Positions 1-11,267 of a stretch of DNA of 26,800 nt are shown piece by piece (the first letter of the stretch is position 1; each line of letters opens with the position of its first letter). The position numbers and the translations under genes were made by a program. The stretch comes from Prorocentrum cordatum (Eukaryota), in the NCBI GenBank assembly GCA_963575745.1, contig CAUYUJ010000336.1, positions 434,001-460,800 on the forward strand, written 5' to 3'. The notes beneath the pieces are model-generated. The model did no database searches. It saw only the letters and a list, made by a program, of their open reading frames with translations, and was not told where the DNA came from.

Positions 1-180
1 TGCCTCCTGAGGCCTCCTCTGGTTTCCTGAGGCCTTCTGGAGCTTCCTGGAGCCTCCTGAAGCTTCTTGGGACATCCTGTGGCCTCTTGAGTCTTTCTGT
101 GGCCTCCTGATGCCTCCTGGGACCTCATGTGGTCTCCTGGGGCCTCCTGGAGCCTGTTGGAGCCTCCTGTGGCATCCTGA
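1..180 (+). repeat. Degenerate 10-bp GGCCTCCTG(A/G) tandem array
   Basis: ggcctcctga / agcctcctgt / ggcctcctgg units with a 10-nt period. Confidence 0.85.
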
Positions 181-204
181 GAAGAATCTGCGCCCACGAG
201 CCTG

Positions 205-756
205 GCCACCAAAACAAGCAAACCGATCGAGACATCCTCAACATCTGGCCCACCTGGGGGGTGAAAATGAGCGCCTCGCTCGAGACATCCTCCAAATCTG
301 CTCCGAAAGCGAAGGATGGTGGCACAGAAAACAGGCAAACCGCTTGAGACATCCCCACAAAATCCCGCGAAAGGGGCCGAGTGCAATTACCCCTCGGCCG
401 TTCCCCTTAGGAACGTGAAAAGGAGCGCCTCGCTCGAGACATCCTCCAAATCTGCTCCGAAAGCGAAGGATGTTGGGACAGAAAACAAGCACACCGCTCG
501 AGACATCCCGACAAAATCCCGCGAAAGGGGCCGAGTGCAATACCCCCCGGCCGCTCCCCTTAGGAACGTGAAAAGGAGCGCCTCGCTCGAGACATCCTCC
601 AAATCTGCTCCGAAAGCGAAGGATGTTGGGACAGAAAACAGGCAAACCGCTCGAGACATCCCCACAAAATTCCGCGAACGGGACCGAGTGAGATACCCCT
701 CCGCCGCTCCCCTTAGAGTGCTGAGACGAGCGAATCGCCTGAGACATCCTGAACAT
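205..756. repeat. ~153-154 bp tandem repeat, about 3.3 copies
   Basis: GAGCGCCTCGCTCGAGACATCCTCCAAATCTGCTCCGAAAGCGAAGGATG starts at 269, 423 and 576. GAGACATCC occurs twice per unit. Confidence 0.95.
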
Positions 757-758
757 CA

Positions 759-962
759 GTGTGTGTGTGTGTGTGAGTCATCCGATGAGTGGACCTGAGT
801 GAGTGTAGTGAATGTATGAGTACAAGTACGAGTGAGTCTGAGTGATGAGTGAGTCTGAGTGATGAGTGAGTCTGAGTGATGAGTGAGTCTGAGTGATGAG
901 TGATGAGTCTGAGTCATGACTGAGTCCGAGTGATGAGTGAGTCTGAGTGATGAGTGAGTCAG
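759..962. repeat. (TG)n followed by 17-bp TGAGTGATGAGTGAGTC minisatellite
   Basis: Directly visible tandem units. Confidence 0.95.
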
Positions 963-1004
963 AGGAGGTGAGGGTGTTCCTGTGTTCCTCCGGCGCGGTC
1001 CGCC

Positions 1005-1097
1005 AATAACAAGAACCCCATACTTAGGATATAGGGAACAAGAACCCCATCTCTTTGGATATGGGGAATAACAAGAACCCCATCTTAGGAGATGGGG
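1005..1097. repeat. Three tandem ~30-bp AACAAGAACCCCAT...AT(G/A)GGG hairpin units
   Basis: Units start at 1005, 1037 and 1067. The third forms a perfect CCCCATCT-TAGG-AGATGGGG stem-loop. Confidence 0.85.
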
Positions 1098-1955
1098 ATA
1101 ATTTGCTAAGGATGGCGGCCTCACATATCTATCGGACTTGGGAATTGGAACTGTTGCAGGGCGCAGGACAGCCTAGTCTTCGCAGCCTGCTAGCCCCACC
1201 CAAAGGGGGCCCGCAGATTCACGCGGTCCTTCGAGGGAGTCCCATGTCCTCCAGGTCTTGGCCCTGTGCCTAACGGGCCATGAGGGAGGGGGCGAGGAGG
1301 GAGGTGTAGGAACAACAGTGTCCGCGACTGTTCGATCGGCTGCGTCGCGATCGGTTGCGGCTGCAATTGGTCAGTTCGATTCGGGCCGGTTGTTGCGATG
1401 TGCGATGTTGCGATGTTGCGTCGTGTCAAGAAGACTACACTATTATGTGATTTCAGATTACTTGATGTGATATGGGGGAGAACGCTGCTTCGACAACTGC
1501 TTCGCCTCTGAGCGCTGCGGCGCTTTCTACCCACGCTGCTACGAGCGCGGCTTGGCGCGACGCAAGTGTCCTGTCCTGTCCTGTCCAGTGTCGGTCTGTC
1601 GGTTTCGTTCGGTTCAGTTTCGATATCGGGTCGGTCGGGTTTCGATCATTGTCGCCGTGGGTCGTGGGCGCCTATGAACAGGGGGATGGGGAGGAGCGGG
1701 TGGAATTAGGTGTTGGACCTTGTTGGTTGGGGAGATTTTCTGTGGCCTTTGGAGACTTCTGTTGACCTCCGGAGATTTCGAGTGACCTTCGGAGACCTTC
1801 GGAGGCCCTACAGGAGGATGAGGAGGAGGATGAAGAACGCGGAAGTGTTTTCAGGGTGGAAGGTTGGTTGGGACGACTTAGAGGATCCAGGAGACGCCTA
1901 CAGATTTGCCTCCCTGCCTTCCTACTCTTCCGTATTCCACCCTCTTCCCTCTCTT

Positions 1956-1989
1956 TCCGAGCCGTTTTGGCTCGAGCCATGGGCTCAAG
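1956..1989 (+). other. Tandem relic of the dinoflagellate spliced leader (DinoSL)
   Basis: TCCGAGCCGTTTTGGCTCGAG matches DinoSL DCCGTAGCCATTTTGGCTCAAG with 1 gap and 2 A>G changes. It is directly followed by CCATGGGCTCAAG, a degenerate copy of the relic CCATTTTGGCTCAAG. Pyrimidine tract upstream at 1908-1956. Confidence 0.7.
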
Positions 1990-2924
1990 AGTCTGACCAC
2001 TGTCTGTTTTTTCATGCGCGCCTGCTTGCACATAATCAGTGGATCGGTTGAGTTCGGCGTGGTTGAGGAACCTTCCGCGGTCGCCGCGGGTGTCTGGGAT
2101 GCGCACTTACGATGGCACACGGGGACAGCAGTGGGGCGTTGACCCACCGATGGAGGTGCCCAGCGGTGGTGTGCTAAGCTGGATTAGTGGGTGTGGTGCA
2201 GATGGGTCGGCGGTGAGAGGTGCAACCGCGAATGAATCACGCACGATTGCGTGCACTAGTACGCAACGATTGCGGGGGGGGGGGGGTGACACGAACTATT
2301 GCACGGGGAACAACTGCTGCATGGGAAGACACATTGCACAGTTGCATCTACGGGCAACTAGTGCATCCTGCGTAGAAGCTATTGATTCCACGCGCCAACC
2401 ATTGCAAACACTCTTGCACCTCTTCCCGCGGACTGATCTGCGTCACACTCACCACTCCGGCTTAAAGGTACATCTGGCTTGTTCCACACGTTCAGACCGA
2501 ATACGCAAACGGCAAGAAGGCCATTACGACCGAGCTCCGTCGGTAAACAAAGTTGGGCCGTGTGGAACAGACAGCCTTACGGGCGTCCGAACGTTGCAGA
2601 GGTTAGTCAGGGAACGCCAGGATGTAGGTGTAAATTCGGCGGCTTCACTGGTTTCGAGTACTTCGAGTGTACGGAGGGGACTGCCCAAACATGCAATCCA
2701 CATGGAGATGCACGCGGTAATTCGATCGATATGCGGAAGCTGGTTGTGAGAAGGTTTCGTGAATCCAGTGGGCAGTACGACGTGCAAGTTTCTACAGATG
2801 TCGTGTTGAGCGGGGTAGGCGATCCACCGATAGTTTGACCGCCTCTCATTGCATCCACTGCGCGATCATTCTGAGAAGTCCTGACCTCATGCGGGATGTG
2901 GCCCAGGAGTGGAAGAATAATCCT

Positions 2925-3206
2925 ACATCCCCTCCGTCTCCTCGCCATCCAGCCCCCGTCTCCATGATCCTCCTCCCTCATCTGTCCTCTTGCGCCCTCT
3001 CTGCCCTCGTCGTCCTTCCTCCTCGTCCCTCTCCGTCCCCGTCGTTTGCCCGCCACCCCTCTCTCCCTCGTCGTTCTCCGCGTTCTCGTCGCCGCCCTGA
3101 GCCCCCTCCTCGTCATCCCCTCCCTCCTCGCCCCCCCCCCGTTGTCGTTTGCCCCTCTCCCTCCCTCGTCCTCGACCTCGTCCCCCCCCCCCCCCTCCTC
3201 CCGCAG
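2925..3206 (+). promoter_or_regulatory. Long C/T tract ending in CCGCAG: candidate SL trans-splice acceptor region for LUC7
   Basis: About 280 nt of (CCT/CGT)-rich sequence with very few A ends at the AG at 3205-3206, about 90 nt upstream of the ATG. The function is inferred. Confidence 0.4.
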
Positions 3207-3294
3207 CCTGGAGCCCCGGGGTCCGCCCGCGGAGGGCGCGGCGGCCCAGCCCGCCGGCCAGCCCCCCCCCCCGGCGGGGGCGGCACTGGGCGCC

Positions 3295-3336
3295 ATGGAC
3301 GCGACGCGGGCTCTGCTGGACTCACTGATGGGCAAG
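3295..3336 (+). CDS. LUC7: LUC7-family U1 snRNP splicing factor, coding exon 1 (MDATRALLDSLMGK)
   Basis: ATG at 3295 in the context GCCATGG. The peptide matches the LUC7 N-terminal signature (R-x-L-L-D-x-L-M-G). Ends AAG|GC (GC donor, phase 0). Confidence 0.92.
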
Positions 3337-3431
3337 GCGCGGCGCCTGCTGCTGGGCCTCCAGGGGGAGGGTGGGGAGAGGGGAGGGAGGAGGAGCTTGT
3401 ACTCTTCCTTCGTTTTCCTTCCTTTTTGGGC

Positions 3432-3700
3432 CTCCTGGGAGGCCCTCGTCGCCACAGCTGGATTCGCCTCGAAATTCTGGTCAGAACACACCTGAGAAGA
3501 GGTCCGGGAAGTAGCGGTATCGGGATCTTTTGGCTTCTCCAGGAGGGGGAACCGGGAGTCGGGAGGGGAGGGAAGTTCGATGATTGAGATTCGCTTTCTG
3601 GATGTGTTTTTTTGTCGTCCTGGAGCGCCCTCGTGGCCACGGCTGGATCCGCCTCGAAATTCTGGGCAGAACGCACTACAGGAGAGGTCTAGGGATCGAA
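3432..3700. repeat. Imperfect direct repeat (~80 bp core, ~185 bp apart)
   Basis: GCCACAGCTGGATTCGCCTCGAAATTCTGGTCAGAACACAC against GCCACGGCTGGATCCGCCTCGAAATTCTGGGCAGAACGCAC. Confidence 0.85.
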
Positions 3701-4020
3701 TTCTGACCCCTGATCAGGGCACCGACGGTGAGGAAGGAGGAGGGCCCGAGTGCGTAAGCACTGGATGCATCAACGATGCTGCAACGCACCCCCTTGTCCC
3801 AAGTCCTCTCCTCGCAGGTCCCTGCGAGCCTTCCTTTGCTGTGGTGACGAGTGGCCAATGGGCCTGATCTTGGAGCGGGAGCTACGCTTGGAAAAGGAGT
3901 GGCTCTGCATCTCTCCAGCGAAGTATCGAGGACGCCGGCGGCACATCACCAGCCGCTCCCTGGGAGTTTGTCGAAGTGGCGCGCAGCATCGGAAGTCGTG
4001 ACGCGGCGCTTACGCCAGCT

Positions 4021-4345
4021 ATCACATGGCCTTCGGCCCATCCCGTTACCGTGCCTGGGCAGTGGGTCAGAGTCCTCATGTGTGCTTCTTGGGGTCTGTT
4101 CGGAAGGCTATCGGGGGCCTCTGCGGGGCAGCTTGGGGGTCTTTTTAGGGTGTATTGGAGGCCCCCTGTAGGCACGTTGAGTGTCTTGGCGGCGACCCCT
4201 TTGGGCCCCTCCTGTGGCCCTCGTGGGGGTCTCTTGGGCCCTCTTCGGGGCCTACTGGGCCGACTTGGGGCCTTCTTGGGCTGTCTTTGGGCTCTCTCGG
4301 TGGCCTTTTGGGCCGTCTGGGGACGATCTTAGGTGCCTGACGGAA
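4021..4345 (-). mobile_element. Terminus of a Helentron/DINE-1-like non-autonomous element plus GGGGCCTCTT array (copy 1)
   Basis: ATCACATGGCCTTCGGCCCATCCCGTTACCGTGCCTGGG: a short GGCC-TTC-GGCC hairpin next to a 15-nt motif. The same terminus occurs at 14109 and 22639. Confidence 0.55.
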
Positions 4346-4877
4346 GGGCGACAAGCCCTCGGGGGCGCGAATCTGTCGTAATTTGGGAGGGCGGTGTGGC
4401 TTCGAGAACGCAGTCAACCCGCATAGTAAGGATGAGCAGATTTCCAAGGTTACCCTTGCATCCTCCCCCTTCGGCCCATCCTTGGCCGCTTTCGCTGGCC
4501 GCGCCCCGCTTGCAGAGTGTCGGCATGGTTTTCCAAGGCCCTTGCATGCTTATCGTGTGTCCTTAATTTTACGGGCTGTCTATAATTGACAAGAGATTGC
4601 GGCCTCGGGAACGCGAATCTGTCATGATTTGTTGCGGGCTGTGGCATCGGTGGCGCGAATGCAATGTAGTTCGTTATGGATTGAGGCCTCGGGTGCGTGC
4701 ATGTAGTTGTTCAAAGGCCCCAGGGCCCCCCAAGAAATTCAGAGCACGTGATCCTGGGAGGGGAGCAGGCCTCTTTTTGGCACGGGGCCCTGGCGTGGTC
4801 CCGCGGCAGACATCCTGCCGACTCCATAGTCGCATCTCCACCGTTGGCATCGCGTCGTTGGAGGTACGATGCGTAGA

Positions 4878-4904
4878 ATACATATATATATATATATACA
4901 CACA
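4878..4904. repeat. (TA)n(CA)n microsatellite
   Basis: atacatatatatatatatatacacacac. Confidence 0.95.
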
Positions 4905-4989
4905 CTACTAATAGCTACAGCATTGAACCTGGAACTGTGAAACATGTCCCTCATTGCAGTTCGGGTTTCTGATTTCATGTCTGAGGAAC

Positions 4990-5185
4990 TGGGCCTGCGG
5001 GCTGCTCTGGCCTCCATGTGGCCGCCGTCGCCGCCTGTCGTTGCCCGTCGCCTGGGCCTGCGGGCCGCTCTGGCCGCCACGTGGCCGCCGTCTCCGCGTC
5101 GTCGCCGCCCGCTGCAGCCCGTCGCCTGGGCCTGCGGGCCGTTCTAGCCGCCATGCAGCCGCCGTCGCCGCCTCGCCGCTGCCCG
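4990..5185. repeat. GC-rich 63-74 bp tandem repeat, 3 copies
   Basis: TGGGCCTGCGGGC..TCT.GCC.CCA.G..GCCGCCGTC at ~4990, 5053 and 5127. Confidence 0.85.
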
Positions 5186-5654
5186 CTTTTCATTGCTTTG
5201 CATTGATTGGCATTGCTTGGCATTGCTGCCGTTGGAAGGAACAACTGTGCAACAAACGTTTAGGAGCTTCTTCGTATTATCCCCCTCCGCCCCTCCGACC
5301 TTAGTGTTGAACAACCGGTCCCTTAGAAGTGGGGCCGGAAAAAACTGGAGCCCAGCATCTCGGACGCAATGTTTGCCAATGTTAAGGTTGGGGTGTGGAG
5401 GGGGGAATTTGGTTGTTTCTACTTCGGGGATTTTTGTTGCATAGTGTTTCCTTCAACAGTTCGAAAGCTCGCGTCCTTCTTTTGGGAGGTCTCAATGAAC
5501 AGTTGTAAGTCGCCCGCGTACGCGATCTATCGAAAAAGAGTTGGGAGAAACACATGCGGGTGGAGCTTACTGAGGCGATGATGCACTCACCATCGGTGCA
5601 ATATTTCATCGCTTCGCTCAACCCGCCGACCCGTATTGTGCACTCGCTGGCGTT

Positions 5655-6335
5655 TGGGCTTTTGGGGGCCTTTTGGGGTCCTCGTTGGGGGTTTCTTGGG
5701 GGCCTCTTGGGTTTCTGTTGGAGCCTCTTTGGGGTTTCTTGGAGCTCCTTTGGGAACATTTGGGAGCATCTTGGGTCTTCTGGGCGCCGCTTGGGGCCGA
5801 GGGCTCGATATGTCCGTTCCGGTTCCCACTTTGGGCCTCCTCTTTGGGAGCTTCTTGGGGGCCTCGTGAGGGCCTTTTGGGGGCCTTGTGGGGCCTCTTC
5901 GGGGCCTCTTGGCGCCTCCTGGGGGCTTCTTAGGGCCGAGGGCTCGAAATGTTGTTTCGTGTTCCCTCTCTGGGGCTTCTCTTAGAGCGTTCTTGGGGCC
6001 CTCTTGGGCCGTCTTGGAGGCCTATTGGGCCGTCTTGGAACCCTCTTGGGCCGTCTTGGGGCCCTGTCGGAGGCCTCTCGGGCCTCTTAGGGCGATCTTG
6101 GGGGCCTCTTGGGCCATCTTGGGGCGTCGCGATGCCGAAAAGGAGGAAACGCCAAAATCTCCCGAATACTTAAGGAAAAGCAATGAATGATGCCTCTTGG
6201 GGCCCTCTTAAGCTTCGTGGGGCGTCTGGGGGCTATCTTGAGCGTCTTTGAGCGATCTTGTGGCATCTCGGACCCTTGGTGTACCATCTTGGGGGCCTCT
6301 TGGGCGCTCTTGGCTCTTCTTGGGACTCTCTCTTG
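5655..6335 (+). repeat. Degenerate 10-11 bp GGGGCCTCTT(G) minisatellite block
   Basis: Repeated ggggcctcttgg / gggccgtcttgg units, which produce the GASWG/PKRPQ pseudo-ORFs. Confidence 0.9.
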
Positions 6336-6877
6336 GCTGGCGCCACCTTTTGCACCCGTCCGGCCCTGGGACACAGCTTGGGTTCCTGAGTTGTTCCCAC
6401 GGTTCCGTGGTGCCCTCGCGCCATTTTGGCCGCGCTGCAGCTCGGCTGCTCGTCGCACTAGTGCGTGCTGCTGCTGTTGGACTTCCCGGCCTCGGCCTTC
6501 CTGGTACCTCGCAGCTTGCCGATGTACATGCCCAGTCTGGGCACCCAATTCGACCTCCGACCGTCGGTTTACTTGGCTGCGGCCACCCTGGTACTTTCGC
6601 ATCAGTCCGTGGGCTTGCGCCCTTGCAACTAATTCCTGTCTGCAGCTTCCTGGTTTCCGGTTACCCTGGACGCCCGCTGCCTCCGACTCGTTGCACGCGA
6701 CCCTGGCTGTACTGGTGACCCACCTACAGCCGACCCTTTTCCACTCGACGGCCAGCCGTTGAGGTGCTGCGTGAGGCTCCGCCCCACCGCTTTAGGTTAA
6801 TTCGTCTGTGCGCGCCCCGCTCTGATTGGACTCGCCGCTGGCGCGCTCGCCTGCCGGCCGCTGACTAAAAAAGTATA

Positions 6878-7581
6878 CCCACCAGCCCATCCAGAAACAA
6901 TGTCCAGGCGAGTTGGGGTGATCAGGGAAGTGCGGCAGCAAAGAGGAAGACGGCCGAACCGTGCAAAGGAGTGAGGAGGAGAAGGAGGAGGTGGATAGAT
7001 GGATGGATGAGGGAGTGGGAGGAAGGAACAGGAGGAGGAGGAGGAGGAGGGCAAGCACAAGGGCCAGAGGTCTCTTGGATGCCTCTCGGAGCCTCTTGGG
7101 GTATCTCTTGGGCGATTCTTGGTGGCCTCTTGGGGCGTCTTGGGGGTCTCTTGGCGATCCTGGGAGGCTCTTCGGGGTCTTGGGTGCCTCGGGGGGGGCC
7201 TCTTGGGGCCGCTTAGGGTCTTCTTGGGGGCCTCCTGGGGGCCTCTTGGGGACCTCTTGGGGCCATCTTGGGGCCATCTTGTGACCTCTTGGGGCCTCCT
7301 GGGCGCTTCTTGGGGCCATCTTGGAGGAGATCGGTCAACGAAGGGGGGGTCCTCAATTACGCACCCCCCCCAGGAGGCCAAAATGGGGCCAAAACCATAG
7401 TAAAATCAATGATTTTGGCTTCCTCGCCGAGGCCGTTTTGGACGCTCTAACTACCCGCGCCCCCCCCCGTCCAGGTCCACCAGGAGGGGGTAGGGGGAGG
7501 GGTAAACCCCTCCCCGAAGGGGAAGAGGGAGGGGTGGAAGTGGAAACGCCCTAAACCACCGACGCCCAGAGGGCTGGTTGG
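6878..7581. mobile_element. MITE/HINE-like element with short inverted ends, internal GGGGCCTCTT array and a strong hairpin
   Basis: CCCACCAGCCC (6878-6888) against GGGCTGGTTGG (7571-7581), 10 of 11 complementary. Perfect hairpin GGGGAGGGGT-AA-ACCCCTCCCC at ~7494-7515. A related inverted segment lies at ~18950-18990. Confidence 0.45.
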
Positions 7582-7637
7582 ATTTGCTTGTTTCTAGCTA
7601 GGGGGCTGCTGTTGCAAAGTTGTCTTTCAATCGTATG

Positions 7638-8050
7638 AATTGCTTTGCATTGCTTCGCGTATTGTTGCATTGCTGTGCATTGCTAGACATGGTTTGGCAT
7701 TGTTTGACATTGCTTTGCATTGCTGTCCACTGCTTCGTCTTGCGTTGCATGGCATGGCATTGCGTTGCATTGCTTGCTTTGCATTGCTGTGCCATGTGTT
7801 AGTGCTGCTTGGCATTGCTGTGTACCACTGTGCTCTTTGCATTGCTTGGGAATTGCGCTGATTTGCACTGATTTGAGTTGCTATCATCAGTTATGCGTTA
7901 CGTTGTATTGGTTTGCCTCGGTTATCATTGTGTGCCGCGCACTGCTTTGCATTATCTTGTATCGATTTGCGCGTTGTTGTGGGTTGCACTGCACATCAAC
8001 AAATGCACCACATGGATTGCATCGCCTATATGACACGGCATTGATTGCAC
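7638..8050. repeat. Degenerate (ATTGC/TTTGC)n pentamer repeat
   Basis: Runs of gcattgctttgcattgc; a shorter patch lies at 5190-5230. Confidence 0.85.
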
Positions 8051-8059
8051 CACCTAGAT

Positions 8060-8736
8060 TGCCCCGTTCGGGGGTCTCTCGGGCGCCGTTTGGGGGCCTG
8101 ATTTGGGCCTCTTGGGGGCCTCCTATAGCTGGTGGAGGGCCTCTTGGGGGCCTGCTGGCAGGACCCGGGGCCATGTTGGGGCGGCGAAGGGCTCGAAGTG
8201 TCGATTGGGGCCTCTCTTGCGCCCCTGTTGAAGCTCTATTGGACCGTCTTGGGGGCCTGTTGGGCCATATTTGAGCCGTCTGGGAACGCTCTTGGGGGCC
8301 GCCTTGGAGGCCGTCTTGGGGCGATCTCAGGGGCCTTTCGGACATCACTGGAGCGTGGAAGGCCAGAAAAGGCGAGAAGACTAAAATCATTAAACAGCCA
8401 TTTGGAAATCAGTGATTCGGGCATCTCGGGGCCCTCTTGGGGCGTCTTGGGGGCCTTCTGGGCCGTCTCGGGGCCATCTTGGGCGTCCTGGAGCGCTGTC
8501 GGTCTGTCTTGGATGCCTATTGGACACTTATTCGAGCACTCTCTTGGCTCGTCTTGAGGGGCCCCAGGGCCTCTGGAAAAGTCACGCTGGGAAGCCTAGG
8601 AGCGCGCGGGAGCGCCAAGACGATTGGAGATGTGGGGCTCCCTGCCCCGAATAGACTGGCTTCAGCACTGGATACAGGGTACACAGATCTCTCGAGTCCT
8701 TGGGGACCACTTCGTGCCTCCAGGCACGGTGGCGAA
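8060..8736 (-). mobile_element. Opposite terminus of the same family with GGGGCCTCTT array
   Basis: CCAGGCACGGTGGCG (8720-8734) is the exact reverse complement of CGCCACCGTGCCTGG (22663-22677). It overlaps the stem-loop CGTGCCT-CC-AGGCACG (8713-8728). Confidence 0.5.
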
Positions 8737-9227
8737 GAAGGAGACGTGTTGGAGGAGGAGGAGGAGGAGGAGGCGGACGGGTTTATAAACGTTTCTGAAT
8801 GTTCATCGGTGTCTCTGAACCCTGCGGGGACCTTCGTGGACCTCCATGTACCTCAAGATAACTACCTCTCTTCTTGCTGACGGGCAAGGCTTGGCGCCTG
8901 CTGCCGTGCCTCCGTTTTGGGAAGGACGGGGGGACGGGAGGAGGGGGATCGATGTTTTTCGACGTCGGGGGTAGAGGAGCATCGAGGGAGTAGGATCGTG
9001 GAGAGAGGGAGGAGGAGGGGGGAGGAGGATCGAAGGATGAGGAGGGTCGATGGGTTTTGAACTTTTCTCTTCCATTTTGGGACTTTCGTGAGGCTCCCCC
9101 GTGGACAGTTTTTCCTGCTTCAGGACGTCCTCCTTGCTTGGCGTGAAGGAGTCTGACGCCTGTCATCCTTTTTGGACATGGGGCTGCCGTGGCCGCGGCT
9201 AGACGCAGCTCAGATGACTGCATTCAC

Positions 9228-11150
9228 GGCGGGTCGTATTCAAAATGCGATTTTGATTTAGCGCCGCACATTCCAACCTTTGCCAACCGTTACATGGATA
9301 GTGGGCGGGTCGCCTTCAGAATAAGGAACTCGGCTTGGCACCGCGCACATGTGTCTTGAATAATGTGCCAACAGGTACAAGGACTCAACTTACCTTGTCA
9401 AGCTTGGTCCGTCCAGCCAGATGTCCAGCTGGATGTTTTTTGGTTGTGCCGCAGTTACTGAACAAGTGCAAGGTACACTCTCGAAAGGTGAAGGCTTTCA
9501 CCTCGTGACTGCGCACATGTGTTTCAAAAGCTTGTGAACATATGCAAGTGTGGAGGGCGCTCAGTGTTAAACAACAGGATTTGGGCTCAGCGCCGCGCAC
9601 GTTTATTGTAAACGTGTTAGCAGTTGCCCCACTTGGGGTCTCCGCCGTTGCGGCTCACCTCCCGCCTTGCCTCTCTTCTCTGGAGGCTGCCAGCCGTGCC
9701 CGCCCCCCCCCTCCCAGACGGCTCCGCCTAGCGGCCCGTCCCTTTCTCCGCCTTCCCCTCGTGGGGGCCCCGCCCGTGCGCCATCGCACAGGGCTGCGCC
9801 AAGTCCCAGGCTGTGATGCCGTGCACTGGCCTTGAGATGGCGTTCACTCTCTGCGACCCGCCCTCGCCTAGCGAGCCGCGTGCCGTGCCGTTCCGCGCCG
9901 GTGCCTGCTCCCGCAGCCGCAGCGCCTTGAAGGTGGTCTTGCCCCTGTCCGCAGCGCTCGCTGCCCTGTCTGGGGGCCACCGCCGTTGCGGCTCGCCTCC
10001 CGCTTTTGCCCTTCGGCGTCCCCTCGGACGGCCCCTGATGGGCCCGCCCCCATGGGGGCCCCACCCGTGCGCCACTTGCACTAGGTGCTGCCTACTCCCT
10101 AGCCGTGATGCCGTGCACCGGCTTCGGGATGGCGTTCGTTTCTTCTCAGGCTGCTTCTGCCCCGTTGCCGCGCCCCTCGGCAGGTCGACCGGCCGCTCAG
10201 CGGCCTCGCCGCTGGCCCGCCCGCTGCCCGCCGCCCGTGGGCCTCTCGCAGCTGATGCAGCGCCGGCACACTTTGCCCCTGGCCGCCGCCGATTCCCACG
10301 CCGCTGCCTCCCCCCCGCCCGGCGCCCCGGTTGTCTGGCCGCCGCATGCTGCTCCCGCTCCCCCAGTTGCCGGGCCCTGCCTGAACTGTGGCTGCTGGCC
10401 CCTCCCCACGGGTGCTCTGGGACGCCGCCCCGCAGCAGCTGCCACGGGCTGCCCTTCAACCCAGCCGCCCCCCGCGCGCTCGCCGCAGCCCCGCTGCGCA
10501 GAATGCCCCGCCCGCGCCTGGCTCCCCTCCCTGCGCGGCCGCCCCTTCGCCTTCCTTCCCTCTTGCATGCGGGTCAATTCGCGACGCCGGGGCCCCGACA
10601 CGCGTGCGGATCGCCTCTGCCGCGCTGGGACGCAAAAAATGCGAGCAGCTTGCAAGAGCCACTTGGATGAAGGGCGGGTCGCTTCACAAGTGCGGCCCCC
10701 GCGTTCCCGCCGTGCACACTACTTTGAGACAGCTCGCCATCAGTTAGATTGGTAGATGGTGGGTCGTCTTCAGCCTTGGGCTCTCGCCTCAGCGTCGCCC
10801 GCATGTGTTCTTGTTTTCCAAACTTGTCTAGGGCTACACGAATGGAGGCCGATCGCTTTCAAAAGGACTACGGTTTAGCATTGTGCGCATCTGTTTAAAT
10901 CTGTGTTGAATACTTACACGGATGGAGGATGGGCAGCGTTCACAATGAGGTTATCGTATATGTGCCGTGCACGCTCGTTGCAAAATGCGGTAAACAGCTA
11001 AAGGATGGATTGCGCCTTTTTATACTAAGCGCCACGTGCATTCGCTGCACGAGTCTTACGACAGCTACAAGAACGTAGGGCGGCCCGATTCCTCAAACAA
11101 ACGATTGTCAGCGTTGTAAGATTACACAGCTGATGCACGGATGCCCGTTC
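9228..11150. repeat. Highly decayed ~76-87 bp satellite interrupted by a GC-rich internally duplicated insert (~9640-10620)
   Basis: GGCGGGTCG..TTCA motif at ~9228, 9304, 10673, 10758, 10846 and 10928, with recurring GCGCACATGTGT. The insert repeats CGCCGTTGCGGCTC (9643/9981) and GTGATGCCGTGCAC (9813/10105). Confidence 0.55.
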
Positions 11151-11267
11151 AAAACCAGACTATCGTTGGATCATCCCGATCTTGAATGGCCCTATGTGTG
11201 TTGTATGTCTTGTGGTGAAGTAGTGCGACGCGCTTCTACTTTAGAAAAGGCTATCGCATGAAAGTTC

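Noticed and set aside
205..756. CRISPR-like repeat-spacer array (also considered for 17215-17395)
   Set aside because: The 'spacers' are themselves repeated, there are no cas genes, and the context is eukaryotic.
1954..1980. Minus-strand MARAKTARK resembling the histone H3 N-terminus
   Set aside because: It lacks the T-K-Q-T spacing and any downstream H3 sequence, and it is the reverse complement of the spliced-leader relic.
3046..3495. 149-aa ORF as a complete gene
   Set aside because: Only MDATRALLDSLMGK is conserved; the flanks are a pyrimidine tract, UTR and intron.
6420..6430. GCCATTTTGGC as another SL relic (also CATTGTTTGGCTCGAG at ~17657)
   Set aside because: The matches are short or gapped, lack a tandem partner, and could be chance.
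7494..7515. GC hairpin as an intrinsic terminator
   Set aside because: There is no U-tract and the context is a eukaryotic intron; it is better explained as part of a mobile element.
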